Source: Acidobacteriaceae bacterium (GTDB lineage Bacteria; Acidobacteriota; Terriglobia; Terriglobales; Acidobacteriaceae). Taken from it: a stretch of 64,000 nucleotides of DNA. Positions 20,973 to 30,703 of this stretch are shown here, piece by piece (positions within the stretch are counted from its first letter, which is position 1; every line of letters begins with the position of its first letter). The notes beneath the pieces are model-generated. The model was not told where the DNA came from. It saw only the letters and a list, made by a program, of their open reading frames with translations, and made no database searches. Location: assembly GCA_965218595.1 (NCBI GenBank), contig CBDCLC010000005.1, positions 41,368-105,367 on the forward strand, read 5' to 3'. The position numbers and the translations under genes were made by a program.

Positions 20973-22064
20973 TCAGGAGGCGATGCTGACCTCCTCGGCC
21001 TCCCTCTCCTGGGGTTGGAGCGATCGACTCGAGTAGTCATCCTGCACAAGAACTGCGGCACTCCTGCGGGACACCGCGGCGACGTGGTGCTCCAGCAGAA
21101 GAACCGTCGCGATGGCGGTGTACGCCGTCAACTCCCCGTAGATGCGCGTCTCCAGAATCACGCCCGTGTAGAACATGATCGCAAACCAGAGCGGCATGAC
21201 GTAGAGGTAGTTGGCAAAGCGGATGGGCCGGATGTGACGCCGCAACAGAATGGCTACGGGCAGCAGGTAGCCACAGATATTGAGCAGCGCCGGAAGCAGG
21301 CGGAGGTGCAGGCGGCCCACATTTTCGCGGATGCGGACATAGTTTTCAGAGGAGTCGTTGTGGGCGAACAGGTGCGTCAGCGTGACCTTGAGGACCACCC
21401 AGATGGCGCAGAGCGCGAGAACGCGCATCCACGGAATGGTGCGCAGGTTGAAGCGTTCGCGCAGCGGAACGGCCGGGTCATCGGTCCGAGCCGTGGCCAT
21501 GTCGATCATGTAGATCGGAATCAGAAACAGCGTCGTCTCCCGGTTCAGCGTGCCCAGAAACATCACAGCCAGCAGGGCGGGATAACGGCGCGTGTAGATG
21601 AAGTAGAGGCCGGCGGTAAAGAACGCCAGGCTCAGCATGTCGTAGGGGTAGGAGAAGTCGGCATCGAGGTGGACGACATAGGTCCACATGGCGATGACCA
21701 GAAAGATGGGGTAGACCAGAATCTGCAGGGTACCCGTGGTCGTGACCGCGCGATAAAGCTTGATGCAAAAGAAGCCGGCCAGGGTGAAGCCGAGCAGGCT
21801 CACAAAGTAAAACGGCGCCAGGCCCGGCGTCGAAGCACCCTCATGGTGCGCCAGCGAGGCCATCAGGCGCGAGGACTGCATCACCGGCCACATCAAAAAA
21901 ATGGGAAGTACGCGCTCCTGAAACGGCAGGCGCTCGTGTCCGCTCATGTAGCGCGGCATGCTCAGGTAGAACTTGGTGCTGACGACGTAATACCGGAGGA
22001 ACTGTAACGTCGCGAAAAGGTACAGCACCCACGTCAAAAGCGAGAAGGGGCGTCTCGAAGTCAT
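20973..22064 (-). CDS. Uncharacterised multi-pass membrane protein (GT-C-like topology possible)
   Basis: About 9-10 hydrophobic segments; polar motifs YDMLSLAFF, LNRETTLF, ETRIYGE; strong codon fit. Confidence 0.75.
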   Translation of the reverse strand: MTSRRPFSLLTWVLYLFATLQFLRYYVVSTKFYLSMPRYMSGHERLPFQERVLPIFLMWPVMQSSRLMASLAHHEGASTPGLAPFYFVSLLGFTLAGFFCIKLYRAVTTTGTLQILVYPIFLVIAMWTYVVHLDADFSYPYDMLSLAFFTAGLYFIYTRRYPALLAVMFLGTLNRETTLFLIPIYMIDMATARTDDPAVPLRERFNLRTIPWMRVLALCAIWVVLKVTLTHLFAHNDSSENYVRIRENVGRLHLRLLPALLNICGYLLPVAILLRRHIRPIRFANYLYVMPLWFAIMFYTGVILETRIYGELTAYTAIATVLLLEHHVAAVSRRSAAVLVQDDYSSRSLQPQEREAEEVSIAS

Positions 22065-22365
22065 ACTGCTCCTCGTTGGCTGCCGAAAGAATCGTGCTTA
22101 AGGCGTGCACTTCCAGTCTACGGTCTGCTGAACCGGCCAATCCACGCCGGTTACCATTGATTTCTTCGAGCAAACTGGCGGCAGCAGAGGGCGTGCAAGC
22201 GAGCAGGCGATGAACCACCGAAGCGAGAGACCATCCACCGGACCGGGGCGGGCCCGGACACGGGGCTGTCAGAGACTGTGATGCTCCGAGAGGCACGTTT
22301 GTTTCCACACTCCGGCCTGGAGCCCCGTCATCCTGGACTTGTGCCGGAGATAGCTCCCCACCCTC

Positions 22366-22389
22366 GAGCCCGGGCGGAAGCCCGGGCTC
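22366..22389. terminator. GC-rich hairpin downstream of the TPR gene
   Basis: GAGCCCGGGC-GGAA-GCCCGGGCTC perfect 10-bp stem. Confidence 0.5.
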
Positions 22390-22439
22390 GTGCCCCCGAC
22401 GGAGCCTGGACGCCGCCGATGCACGCGTAAACTCTGCCT

Positions 22440-22748
22440 CTAGCTGAGATCGTCCAGCATGGCCTGCATCTCGGCCTCGGCATGCGCGTTTCCGGTGCGC
22501 CGGCAGGCGGCGATGCCGGCCTCCAGCCTCCTACGCGCCTCTTCGGGACGATCTTCGCGAAGCAATGTTTGGGCCGACATCTGGTAGGCCGGCACGTAGT
22601 CGGGGTTGCCGTCGAGAATGGTCGCGTACTCCCCGAGAGCCTCCCCGGTCCGGCCCTCGGCGGCGTAGGCCATCGCCAGACCGTAGCGGGCAAAGGGGTC
22701 CCCCGGGTTGGATTCGAGGATCTGTGAGAGCGCCGCGATCTTGTTCAT
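22440..22748 (-). CDS. Small TPR protein
   Basis: NPGDPFARYGLAMAY...YVPAYQM...GNAHA..EMQAMLDDL helical TPR pattern. Confidence 0.85.
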   Translation of the reverse strand: MNKIAALSQILESNPGDPFARYGLAMAYAAEGRTGEALGEYATILDGNPDYVPAYQMSAQTLLREDRPEEARRRLEAGIAACRRTGNAHAEAEMQAMLDDLS

Positions 22749-22810
22749 GGGAGATAAGTTGCCGGCCGGGCTCAAGTCGTTGCTGGGATCTGCCGATTAC
22801 ACTGGGGAAG

Positions 22811-23335
22811 ATGAGCGGCAACGTCACAGCCCGGAGAGTGGTCGATTCGCAGTCCGAGCGCAGCGAGATCATCTTTCCCGGGGACGCCAACGCGCTCGGC
22901 AACCTGTTTGGCGGCCGGCTGATGCAGTTTATCGACCTGGTCGGCGCGACCGCGGCCTTTCGCCATGCCAACGCCATCACCGTCACGGCCAGCATGGATC
23001 ATCTGGACTTCGTGGCCCCGGTGAAGATAGGCGATCTGCTAATCCTGAAGGCCAGCGTCAACCGGGCCTTCCACACCAGCCTGGAGGTCGGGGTGCGGGC
23101 CATGGTCGAGGATGTGCTCCACGGCGGGGAGCTGCGGCATGTTTCCAGCGCCTACCTGACCTATGTCGCCATGGATCGGTCGGGCAACCGGCTGCCCGTG
23201 CCGGCGGTGCTTCCCGAGACCGAGCACCAGAGGCGACGCTATGAAGACGCCGGCCGCCGGCGGGAGATGCGCTCCGGCGAACGGGAGCGCAAGCGCGATC
23301 TCCCTGCCGCGCACGGCCGCGACTGGCACCTGTAG
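22811..23335 (+). CDS. Acyl-CoA thioesterase (hotdog fold, YciA-like)
   Basis: IFPGDANALGNLFGGRLM..ID, VTASMD.LDF.APV..GD, SAYLTYVAMD. Confidence 0.92.
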   Translation: MSGNVTARRVVDSQSERSEIIFPGDANALGNLFGGRLMQFIDLVGATAAFRHANAITVTASMDHLDFVAPVKIGDLLILKASVNRAFHTSLEVGVRAMVEDVLHGGELRHVSSAYLTYVAMDRSGNRLPVPAVLPETEHQRRRYEDAGRRREMRSGERERKRDLPAAHGRDWHL

Positions 23336-23403
23336 GGGCGCGCGGAAGCAGACCCGGTCCGCGGCTGGAACTGACAGCACCAAAAGAAGATGGGAGCCAC
23401 AGC

Positions 23404-24243
23404 ATGGGACACATGGGAGCGGCAGGCATGCCGCAGGGACCGCAACCGCTGCCAGGCATTCGCCATGTTGTCGCGGTCGGCAGCGGCAAGGGCGGTGTGG
23501 GCAAGACCACCGTGGCAGTCAACCTGGCCGTCGCGCTGGCCAGACTGGGGTACCGGGTCGGCCTGATCGACGCCGACATCTACGGCCCCAACGTGCCGAC
23601 GATGCTCGGCACCACCCGTCAGCCGAACGTCGTCGGCGAGAACCGCATTGAGCCGATCGTCAGCCACGGCGTGCGGTTTATCTCGATCGGCCTCATCTCG
23701 CCCGGCGACAAGCCGATGATGATGCGCGGGCCCATGCTCCACGGCATCATCCGCCAGTTTCTGACGCAGGTCGCCTGGGGCGAGCTCGACTTCCTGATCG
23801 TCGACCTTCCGCCGGGCACCGGTGACGTGGTCATTTCACTCGTCCAGACCGTCCCGCTGACCGGGGCTGTGATCGTCTCGACGCCCAGCGATGTGGCGCT
23901 CGAAGACGCCCGCAAAGCGCTCGAGATGTTTCATCAGGTGCGCGTTGAGGTGATCGGCATCGTCGAGAACATGAGCACCTTTCACTGCCCGCACTGCGGC
24001 GAGGAGATTGACATCTTCTCGAAAGGCGGTGCCGAGCGCACGGCGGCACGCTTCAGCGTGCCTTTTCTGGGCTCGCTGGAACTTGACCCGGCCATCCGCC
24101 TCGGCGGCGACTCCGGCATGCCGGTCGCGCTGGCCGGACCGGAGAGCGAGGCCGTCCAGGGCTTCTACGACGTCGCTCGCCGGGTCGTGCTCGAGGCCGA
24201 GCGGGTGGAGGCGCAGGGCGGCAGCGTGCTCGAGATTGAGTAG
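23404..24243 (+). CDS. mrp: Mrp/NBP35 (ApbC) Fe-S carrier ATPase
   Basis: SGKGGVGKTT, DADIYGP, MMRGPM, DLPPGTGD, ENMS..FHCPHC. Confidence 0.93.
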   Translation: MGHMGAAGMPQGPQPLPGIRHVVAVGSGKGGVGKTTVAVNLAVALARLGYRVGLIDADIYGPNVPTMLGTTRQPNVVGENRIEPIVSHGVRFISIGLISPGDKPMMMRGPMLHGIIRQFLTQVAWGELDFLIVDLPPGTGDVVISLVQTVPLTGAVIVSTPSDVALEDARKALEMFHQVRVEVIGIVENMSTFHCPHCGEEIDIFSKGGAERTAARFSVPFLGSLELDPAIRLGGDSGMPVALAGPESEAVQGFYDVARRVVLEAERVEAQGGSVLEIE

Positions 24244-24265
24244 CGGTGCCGGGAGTCGAAGGGAT

Positions 24266-24295
24266 TTGACATCTGCGGTAAACTTGAGTGTAGGC
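24266..24295 (+). promoter_or_regulatory. Possible sigma70-type -35 hexamer upstream of hrcA
   Basis: Perfect TTGACA at 24266-24271, but no convincing -10 at a 17-bp spacing. Confidence 0.3.
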
Positions 24296-24335
24296 GACTG
24301 AGATTCGCTGCTGATTGATCTGGAAGGAGGGGCTT

Positions 24336-25409
24336 ATGGCAGAGGCAGTCCGTATCACCGCACGGCAGCGAGCCATTCTCTCCGCCGTGATCGAGAGCTA
24401 TGTCGCGACCGGGGAGCCGGTGGGCTCGGGAACGGTGGCCCGGCTGGAGCGCGAGACCGCAGGGATGAGCTCGGCCACCATCCGCAATGAGATGGCCGCG
24501 CTCGCTGCGGCTGGCCTGCTGGAGCAGCCGCACGCCTCGGCGGGCCGCATCCCCACCGGACGAGCGTTTCGGATGTACGTCGACGATCTCAGCGGCGCGC
24601 AGGCAGCATCTCCCGCTGCGCTGCCCGAGCAGCGCCGGCAGGAGATCGATTCGTCCTTCGCCGGGCTCGCCGGAACCCATGCCCTGCTGGAACGCACCAG
24701 CCATGTGTTGGCCACGCTCTCGAGCGGAGTGGGCGTTGCGATTGCGTCTGGCGCGGAAAACGATCTGCTCGAGCACGTGCACTTTTCGCGGCTTGCGCCC
24801 GGGCAGGTGCTGGCCGTTGTGGTCACGCGCGGCGGCACCGTGCGGGATCGCGTGCTCTCGCTCGATGGGGATATCGATCCCCGGCAGCTGGAGGCCGCGG
24901 GTGCTTTTCTGAACGAAAACTTCCGGTCCTGGAGCATCGAGCGGATCCGTGCCGAACTTGCTCGCCGCATCGATGCCGAGCGCTCCGAGTACCATCGCCT
25001 GATCGCCGCGGCGGAGCTGCTCTGGACCAAGGCCGTGCCCGGAACCGCCCAGCGAGACCCTGTCTACGTGGGCGGCGTGGGCAACCTGATCGCCGGCATG
25101 ACCTCCCCGGAGGAGCGTGCGGGTCTGCGCGAGCTGCTGGGCGCACTCGAGGCCAAGCAGCGCCTGGTCGACCTCCTGAACGCCTATATCGACAGCCGCC
25201 AGGAGAGCCTGCGCGTCATCTTCGACCTTGAAGAGCAGGCCCCCGAGCTGGCCGGCCTGGTGCTGATCGCGGCTCCGGCCCGGGCGGCCGGCGAACGGCG
25301 GGGCACCGTGGGCGTTATCGGCACCAAACGCATCGACTATGAGAGGACCATCGGAGCGGTGAACTACGTCTCCCAGGTCTTCGATCGGATGCTCCATCCC
25401 CATGAGTAA
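24336..25409 (+). CDS. hrcA: Heat-inducible transcription repressor HrcA
   Basis: RQRAIL.AVIESYVATGEPVGS, SSATIRNEMA.L...GLLEQPHASAGRIPT, GVIGTKRIDY; AGGAGG RBS. Confidence 0.95.
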   Translation: MAEAVRITARQRAILSAVIESYVATGEPVGSGTVARLERETAGMSSATIRNEMAALAAAGLLEQPHASAGRIPTGRAFRMYVDDLSGAQAASPAALPEQRRQEIDSSFAGLAGTHALLERTSHVLATLSSGVGVAIASGAENDLLEHVHFSRLAPGQVLAVVVTRGGTVRDRVLSLDGDIDPRQLEAAGAFLNENFRSWSIERIRAELARRIDAERSEYHRLIAAAELLWTKAVPGTAQRDPVYVGGVGNLIAGMTSPEERAGLRELLGALEAKQRLVDLLNAYIDSRQESLRVIFDLEEQAPELAGLVLIAAPARAAGERRGTVGVIGTKRIDYERTIGAVNYVSQVFDRMLHPHE

Positions 25410-26106
25410 GGGCAGCCCGCGGGATCGCCAGGGTTTGCCCCTCGCCGCGACAGAGGACGAAGGCAGCCTTCGCCGGTTCGCGCGATGGGCAGGGATGGGC
25501 AACAATAAGAAGGAAGCCACAGAGGCAAGAGGTGAGGGAAGTATGCCGGAAGGATATGCGGAGAAGGACGGGGCGGCGACCGAGGCTCTCGACCCGGAGA
25601 TGGCCGGCGAGATGTCGGCGGAGGGTGAGGGCGCAGCCGCACACGCAGGGGAGATGACGGAGTTGCGCGGCGAACGCGATCAGCTGAAGGACCGGCTGGC
25701 GCGCCTGCAGGCCGAGTTCGACAACGCCCGCAAACGCGAGAGCAAGGAAAAGCAGGATGCGCGCGACTATGCCATCCAGGGGGCAATCGAGCCCTTCCTT
25801 GGCGTGCTGGACAACTTCAATCTGGCCCTGAAGTCGCAGGGCTCCGCCGAGCAGCTCAAGGCAGGCGTCGAGATGATCGTCCGGCAGATGGACGATGCGC
25901 TTCGATCGCTCAATGTTCAGCCGGTGGAATCCGTCGGGGCGCAGTTCGACCCGCGGGTGCACGAGGCCCTGGGCAGCGTTGAAACCCAGGAGCATCCCGA
26001 TCATCAGGTACTGGAGGAGATTCGCCGCGGCTACAAGCTCCGCGACAAGCTGCTGCGGCCGGCGCTGGTGAAGATCGCCTCCAATCCCAGCCAGGTCAGC
26101 GACTGA
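25402..26106 (+). CDS. grpE: Nucleotide exchange factor GrpE (alternative start 25495)
   Basis: RLQAEFDNARKR, LDNFNLAL, FDPRVHEAL, GYKLRDKLLRPALVKI. Confidence 0.94.
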   Translation: MSKGSPRDRQGLPLAATEDEGSLRRFARWAGMGNNKKEATEARGEGSMPEGYAEKDGAATEALDPEMAGEMSAEGEGAAAHAGEMTELRGERDQLKDRLARLQAEFDNARKRESKEKQDARDYAIQGAIEPFLGVLDNFNLALKSQGSAEQLKAGVEMIVRQMDDALRSLNVQPVESVGAQFDPRVHEALGSVETQEHPDHQVLEEIRRGYKLRDKLLRPALVKIASNPSQVSD

Positions 26107-26206
26107 GCGTCCCCGCAGGTCCCTTCCGTACGGGGAGGATGAGGGCGCGCCCAAAGATGCTTTGCCGCGGGCGGCTGACACAGGATAGGAACAGCAGGTA
26201 AATGCA

Positions 26207-27376
26207 ATGACGAGTGCAACGGCAGACGTGACCAAGATTGACTACTACGAGCTCCTGAGTGTCTCCCGCACGGCCTCCGAGGGGGAGATCAAGACCGCTT
26301 ACCGCAAGGTCGCGATGCAGTACCACCCGGACCGCAACCCGAACAATCCTGAGGCCGAGGAGATGTTCAAGGCGTGCAGCGAGGCGTACACCGTGCTGAG
26401 CGACCCGGACAAGCGCGCGGCCTATGACCGCTACGGCCACGCCGCCTTCCAGGGGGGAGCCGGAGGTGGGGGCGGCAATCCGTTCGCGGGCGGCGGATTT
26501 GCTGGCGGCAACGTGCAGGACCTTGGCGACATCTTTGGCGATCTGTTCGGCGAGATGTTCAACATGGGTGGTGCGGGCGGCGGCCGCAAGGCATCGCGCA
26601 CGCAGCGCGGCCGCGATATCCAGTACAACCTGACGCTTGAGTTCGAAGAAGCGGTCTTTGGCAAGGAGCGCGAGATCACCTTTCGCCGTTGGGAGATCTG
26701 CGTGGAGTGCAAGGGCACCGGCTCCGACCGCGGCCGGGCTCCCGTCACCTGCACCCAGTGTGGCGGACGCGGCCAGCTGCGCATGCAGCAGGGCTTCTTT
26801 TCGGTCGCGCGGACCTGCCCGGTCTGCCACGGCACCGGCACGCTGATCGTCGACCCCTGCAAGCTCTGCCACGGCGAGACGCGTCTTGAACGCGAGCACA
26901 CGATCCTGGTCAAGGTTCCAGCCGGCGTCGAGCAGGACACGCGCATCCGGTACCAGGGCGAGGGCGAGGCGGGCAAGTTTGCCGGACCTCCGGGCGACCT
27001 GTATGTGGTGCTGAACGTGAAGCCGCACGCCTTCTTTGAGCGGGATGGCGACGATCTCCACTGCGTTCTGCCCATCTCCTTTCCCCAGGCGGCGCTCGGC
27101 ACGGAGCTCGAACTGCAGTCCATGGAAGGGATGGAGACCATCAAGGTTCCCGAAGGCACCCAGAGCGGAAAGACCTTCAAGCTGCGCGGCAAGGGTGTGC
27201 CTCACCTGAACGAGCGCGGCAAGGGAGACCTGATCGTGGAGGTTCGGGTGCAGACGCCATCGAAGCTCACCCGCGATCAGCGCGATCTGATGCGGCAGCT
27301 GGCGGAGACGATGAGCGTCGATAACGTGCCCCACTCACGCGGGCTCTTCGACAAGGTGAAGGAGATCTTCAGCTAG
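26207..27376 (+). CDS. dnaJ: Chaperone DnaJ (class A)
   Basis: J-domain with YHPDRNP, G/F region, four CxxCxGxG zinc motifs. Confidence 0.96.
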   Translation: MTSATADVTKIDYYELLSVSRTASEGEIKTAYRKVAMQYHPDRNPNNPEAEEMFKACSEAYTVLSDPDKRAAYDRYGHAAFQGGAGGGGGNPFAGGGFAGGNVQDLGDIFGDLFGEMFNMGGAGGGRKASRTQRGRDIQYNLTLEFEEAVFGKEREITFRRWEICVECKGTGSDRGRAPVTCTQCGGRGQLRMQQGFFSVARTCPVCHGTGTLIVDPCKLCHGETRLEREHTILVKVPAGVEQDTRIRYQGEGEAGKFAGPPGDLYVVLNVKPHAFFERDGDDLHCVLPISFPQAALGTELELQSMEGMETIKVPEGTQSGKTFKLRGKGVPHLNERGKGDLIVEVRVQTPSKLTRDQRDLMRQLAETMSVDNVPHSRGLFDKVKEIFS

Positions 27377-27504
27377 GGCCCGGAGGCCGGATGAGCTCCG
27401 GAAACGCGTCCGTGGGCTCTTCGGCCCTTTTCTCAGGGCCCGAATTCCCTTGAGCTCTGCCCCGCTTCGACGGGGTTGGCGGTCTCTACGGAGCCCCGAA
27501 AGGC

Positions 27505-27537
27505 AAAAAAGAGACCCCGGCAGATCGCCGGGGTCTC
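27505..27537 (-). terminator. Rho-independent terminator of the cold-shock gene
   Basis: GAGACCCCGGC-AGATC-GCCGGGGTCTC stem with A6 on its left (U-tract on the minus strand). Confidence 0.85.
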
Positions 27538-27566
27538 GGTGCGAATCGAACTTGGGGATCGAGAAA

Positions 27567-27770
27567 TTAGAGCGGCTGAATGTTCGCAGCCTGCTTGCCC
27601 TTGGGGCCCTTGGTCACGTCGAAGGAGACGCGCTGGCCTTCCTGGAGGGACTTGAAACCGCTGGAGTTGATAGCCGAGTAGTGCGCGAAGAGATCTTCGC
27701 TGCCGTCCTCAGGGGTGATGAAGCCGAAGCCTTTTGCGTCGTTGAACCATTTCACTGTTCCGGTTGCCAC
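27567..27770 (-). CDS. cspA: Cold-shock protein (CspA family), 67 aa
   Basis: GTG start: [67 protein letters not shown]; visible only as the tail of ORF 27567..29021. Confidence 0.96.
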   Translation of the reverse strand: MATGTVKWFNDAKGFGFITPEDGSEDLFAHYSAINSSGFKSLQEGQRVSFDVTKGPKGKQAANIQPL

Positions 27771-27880
27771 TGTCGTTGATCCTGCTTTCAGGGCGGGTAT
27801 GTTCCGCCAGAGATATAGCCTATCACGAAGGTCGACTCCGGCGCAGCAGCCCGAGCCGAGGCAGGGCGATCTCCGCTCCT

Positions 27881-29257
27881 TCACCCCCGCGACGGGGAAA
27901 GGCTCCGGCCGCGGGAGCGCGCCAGGATCCAGAGAGCGATCAGAGTCAGAAACATGGCTCCGGCCATGGTCAGATCGTCGTCGCCCAGACCTTTGATGAT
28001 GTACTGCGGCAGCATCCGCGTGGTGGTGACGCCCGCCAGCACCAGAAGTACGGCCAGAAGCGCTGGCGGAAGCGGCCTCGGCAGCCGGTCGGCGTCGTCG
28101 TTCCGTATCTCTCCGGAGAGCACGACCAGAAACGTCAGAAACAGGTAGGACGTGAACCGGCCCCAGTCGTGGGCGATCGCCCACAGGGGCGAGGAGAGCA
28201 GCAGCACGGCCAGAAGAGCGGGCCACCAACGCCGACCGGCACCTGTGCCGGGCCGGATCGTGGAACCGGTGGTGGCCCGGGGTAGCGCGAAGCTCAGCAG
28301 GACCGTAAAGAAGGTCGGCAGCCAGAGCGCGCCGACCAGATTGCGCAGCGTCAAGCCATAGCCCTTCAGGCCGCTGTGGAAGTGCTGCGCGTTCTCCTCC
28401 GCCAAAAGGGCGGAGAAGGTCTCCAGGTGAACGGGGTGTCGGGCCACGACGAACGTCGAGCCGAGGTGCATCGGCGCAATCGCGGTGGCGGCGTGGTGCT
28501 CCGTGGTGGTGATGGTGAACAGAAGCAGGGGCAGAGCCCCGAGGAGGTAGCCGGCGAGCGCAACGCGGTCCAGCCGCGACCGCCGCAGCAGAAACGCGGC
28601 CGCCGCCAGCACCGGACCCACAAAGAACAGGGTGGCTTCGTGGATCAGGATCGACACTGCACCATAGACAGCAAAGGCGGCGAAGACGACGAGGGCGTTC
28701 CGGCCCGGGCGCAGAAGAATCAGCGTCAGCAGAAGAAAGAGCAGAAGGGTGAGCTGAATGGGGTCGGCGGTGGTGCTCATCAGGATGCCGGTCGTGACCG
28801 GCGAGAGCAGAACGGCCACCATCAGCACGGCTCCGGTCGGGCTCTCGCGCGGCCGCACCAGCCGGATGACCGCCGAGGCGACCACGGCGAAGAGCGCCAG
28901 CGTGATCAGCCAGCCAAGAACGGCGATAAGGAGGTAGTTGCCGTTGTCGAGGTGCAGCCATCGCAGCGCCTCCCCCAGCAGCCCGCGGCGGGAGAGCCCG
29001 TGCGCGTAGCTGACGCTCCACTGGTAGGCGAAGTAGCGCTCGGGTCCAGGGAATCCGAGCAGGCTGACCGAAGACAGCAGCAGCTCAAGAACAAAGATGG
29101 CCGCGGCCACGGCGGCCGTGCTGAAGGGCAGCACGGCGGCCCGACGAGCGGACAGTGCTGATCGGTTCTCCGGTTCGTTCTCCGGGATCTCTGGCGTGGG
29201 ATGCAAGCCGGTCTCTCCGTCGGGTGTTGGTTCTGGGCGAAACAGAAGCTGTGCCAT
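27881..29257 (-). CDS. Uncharacterised multi-pass membrane protein (alternative start 29332)
   Basis: About 11 TM segments; motifs [22 protein letters not shown]. Confidence 0.75.
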   Translation of the reverse strand: MAQLLFRPEPTPDGETGLHPTPEIPENEPENRSALSARRAAVLPFSTAAVAAAIFVLELLLSSVSLLGFPGPERYFAYQWSVSYAHGLSRRGLLGEALRWLHLDNGNYLLIAVLGWLITLALFAVVASAVIRLVRPRESPTGAVLMVAVLLSPVTTGILMSTTADPIQLTLLLFLLLTLILLRPGRNALVVFAAFAVYGAVSILIHEATLFFVGPVLAAAAFLLRRSRLDRVALAGYLLGALPLLLFTITTTEHHAATAIAPMHLGSTFVVARHPVHLETFSALLAEENAQHFHSGLKGYGLTLRNLVGALWLPTFFTVLLSFALPRATTGSTIRPGTGAGRRWWPALLAVLLLSSPLWAIAHDWGRFTSYLFLTFLVVLSGEIRNDDADRLPRPLPPALLAVLLVLAGVTTTRMLPQYIIKGLGDDDLTMAGAMFLTLIALWILARSRGRSLSPSRG

Positions 29258-29407
29258 GAGCCTAACCGAAGCTTTGCCCGGCACACATGGCTCTTTTGCG
29301 GAAGGCACCCTCCGGAACAGCGGCATCGCCATCTGCTACAGTGCAACCCAGGCTGCTGCCGCCGGTGTGTCCGCGCCGCCGCCAGAATCGCCCCGATCGG
29401 AGCTCCG

Positions 29408-30700
29408 ATGCCCGCTGGCACCACCCCAACCGCATCCCTCGTCTCCCCCCGGCAGGGCAGCGGCAGCTACACCACGCCCATGGCGCTGATGGTCACGCTC
29501 TACTTCGGCATCGGGTTCATCACGGCGCTCAACGATATCCTGGTGCCCCACTTCAAGGACCTCTTTCACCTCTCAAACGTGCTGGCGCTGATGGTGCAGT
29601 TTGCCTTCTTTGGCGCGTACTTCGTCATGTCGGTGCCGTCGGGATGGGTGGTCGGGCGGCTTGGGGCCAAGGGGTCCATCGTGCTTGCCCTGTCGGTGAT
29701 GGGTCTCGGTCTGCTGCTCTTCTTTCCTGCGTCGGTGCTGATTCTTTATCCCGTGTTTCTGTTTGCGCTGTTTGTGGTGGGCAGCGGTCTGGCTCTGCTG
29801 CAGGTCGCCATCAATCCGTATGTCGGCGCTCTGGGCCGGCCGGAGACCGCGGCCTCCCGGCTGAACCTGTGTGGCGCCTTCAACTCCGTCGCGACCACCG
29901 CCGCTCCGTTTGTCGGTGCCGCCTTCATCTTTATTGCGGCCGGCGCCACTCGCCAGCAGCTGGCCCGGTCGGTGCGGGCTCCCTACATGGTGCTGGCCGG
30001 GCTGGCCTTTCTGCTGGCGCTGCTCACGCGGTTTGTTCCCTTGCCTCGCCTGCTTGAGAGCGATGCCGGCGCAGAGGCGGGGACCGGCGGAAGCGCCTGG
30101 GAGTTCCGCAACCTGCGCTTCGGCGCCGCAGCCATCTTCACCTACGTGGGGGCGGAGGTCGCTATCGGCAGCCTGATGATCAACTTCCTGGGCCAGCCCG
30201 CGATGGGCGGTCTCAGTCACACCGCTGCCGCGCGCTACGTATCGCTCTACTGGGGCGGCGCCATGACGGGCCGGCTGATCGGATTTGTCGCCCTCATCTG
30301 GATCAGCGCGCCGGTCGCGCTCACCGCCGTCTCCGCTGTGGCGGCGGTGCTGGTGGCGACGGCTATCGTGGCTCACGGCAACGTCGCCCTGTTCGCCATC
30401 GTCGCCTGCGGCCTGTGTAACTCGGTGATGTGGCCGTGTATCTTTCCCATGGCTCTGCGGGGTCTTGGCCGGTTTACCAGCCAGGGCTCGGGCATTCTCG
30501 TCACCATGGTGGTCGGTGGCGCCGTGATCCCGGAGATCCAGGGCTTTCTGGCCGATCGCTTCGGCTACAGCCAAAGCTTTCTGATCGTCCTGGCCTGCTA
30601 CGTCTACATCCTGTTCTTTGCCCTGAACGGACATCGACCCGGGCGGCAGCGCGTGCTGTCCCAGGACGTCCGGGAACCTGGCCTCGCAGGCGGTCTCTAG
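29408..30700 (+). CDS. MFS sugar transporter, FucP/GluP family
   Basis: GFITALNDILVPHFK, QFAFFGAYF, LQVAINPYV, SRLNL..AFNS, YVGAEVAIGS, SVMWPCIF. Confidence 0.92.
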   Translation: MPAGTTPTASLVSPRQGSGSYTTPMALMVTLYFGIGFITALNDILVPHFKDLFHLSNVLALMVQFAFFGAYFVMSVPSGWVVGRLGAKGSIVLALSVMGLGLLLFFPASVLILYPVFLFALFVVGSGLALLQVAINPYVGALGRPETAASRLNLCGAFNSVATTAAPFVGAAFIFIAAGATRQQLARSVRAPYMVLAGLAFLLALLTRFVPLPRLLESDAGAEAGTGGSAWEFRNLRFGAAAIFTYVGAEVAIGSLMINFLGQPAMGGLSHTAAARYVSLYWGGAMTGRLIGFVALIWISAPVALTAVSAVAAVLVATAIVAHGNVALFAIVACGLCNSVMWPCIFPMALRGLGRFTSQGSGILVTMVVGGAVIPEIQGFLADRFGYSQSFLIVLACYVYILFFALNGHRPGRQRVLSQDVREPGLAGGL

Positions 30701-30703
30701 TAA

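Noticed and set aside
24268-24294. Possible CIRCE (GAGTG half-site) before hrcA
   Set aside because: The left half (TTAGCACTC) is absent at the required 9-bp spacing.
27450-27779. Plus-strand [30 protein letters not shown]...
   Set aside because: It is the exact antisense reading of the cold-shock gene.
27567-29021. 484-aa ORF ending in a Csp domain, a possible novel fusion
   Set aside because: The upstream part is an off-frame read-through of the membrane protein gene; the Csp has its own GTG start at 27770.
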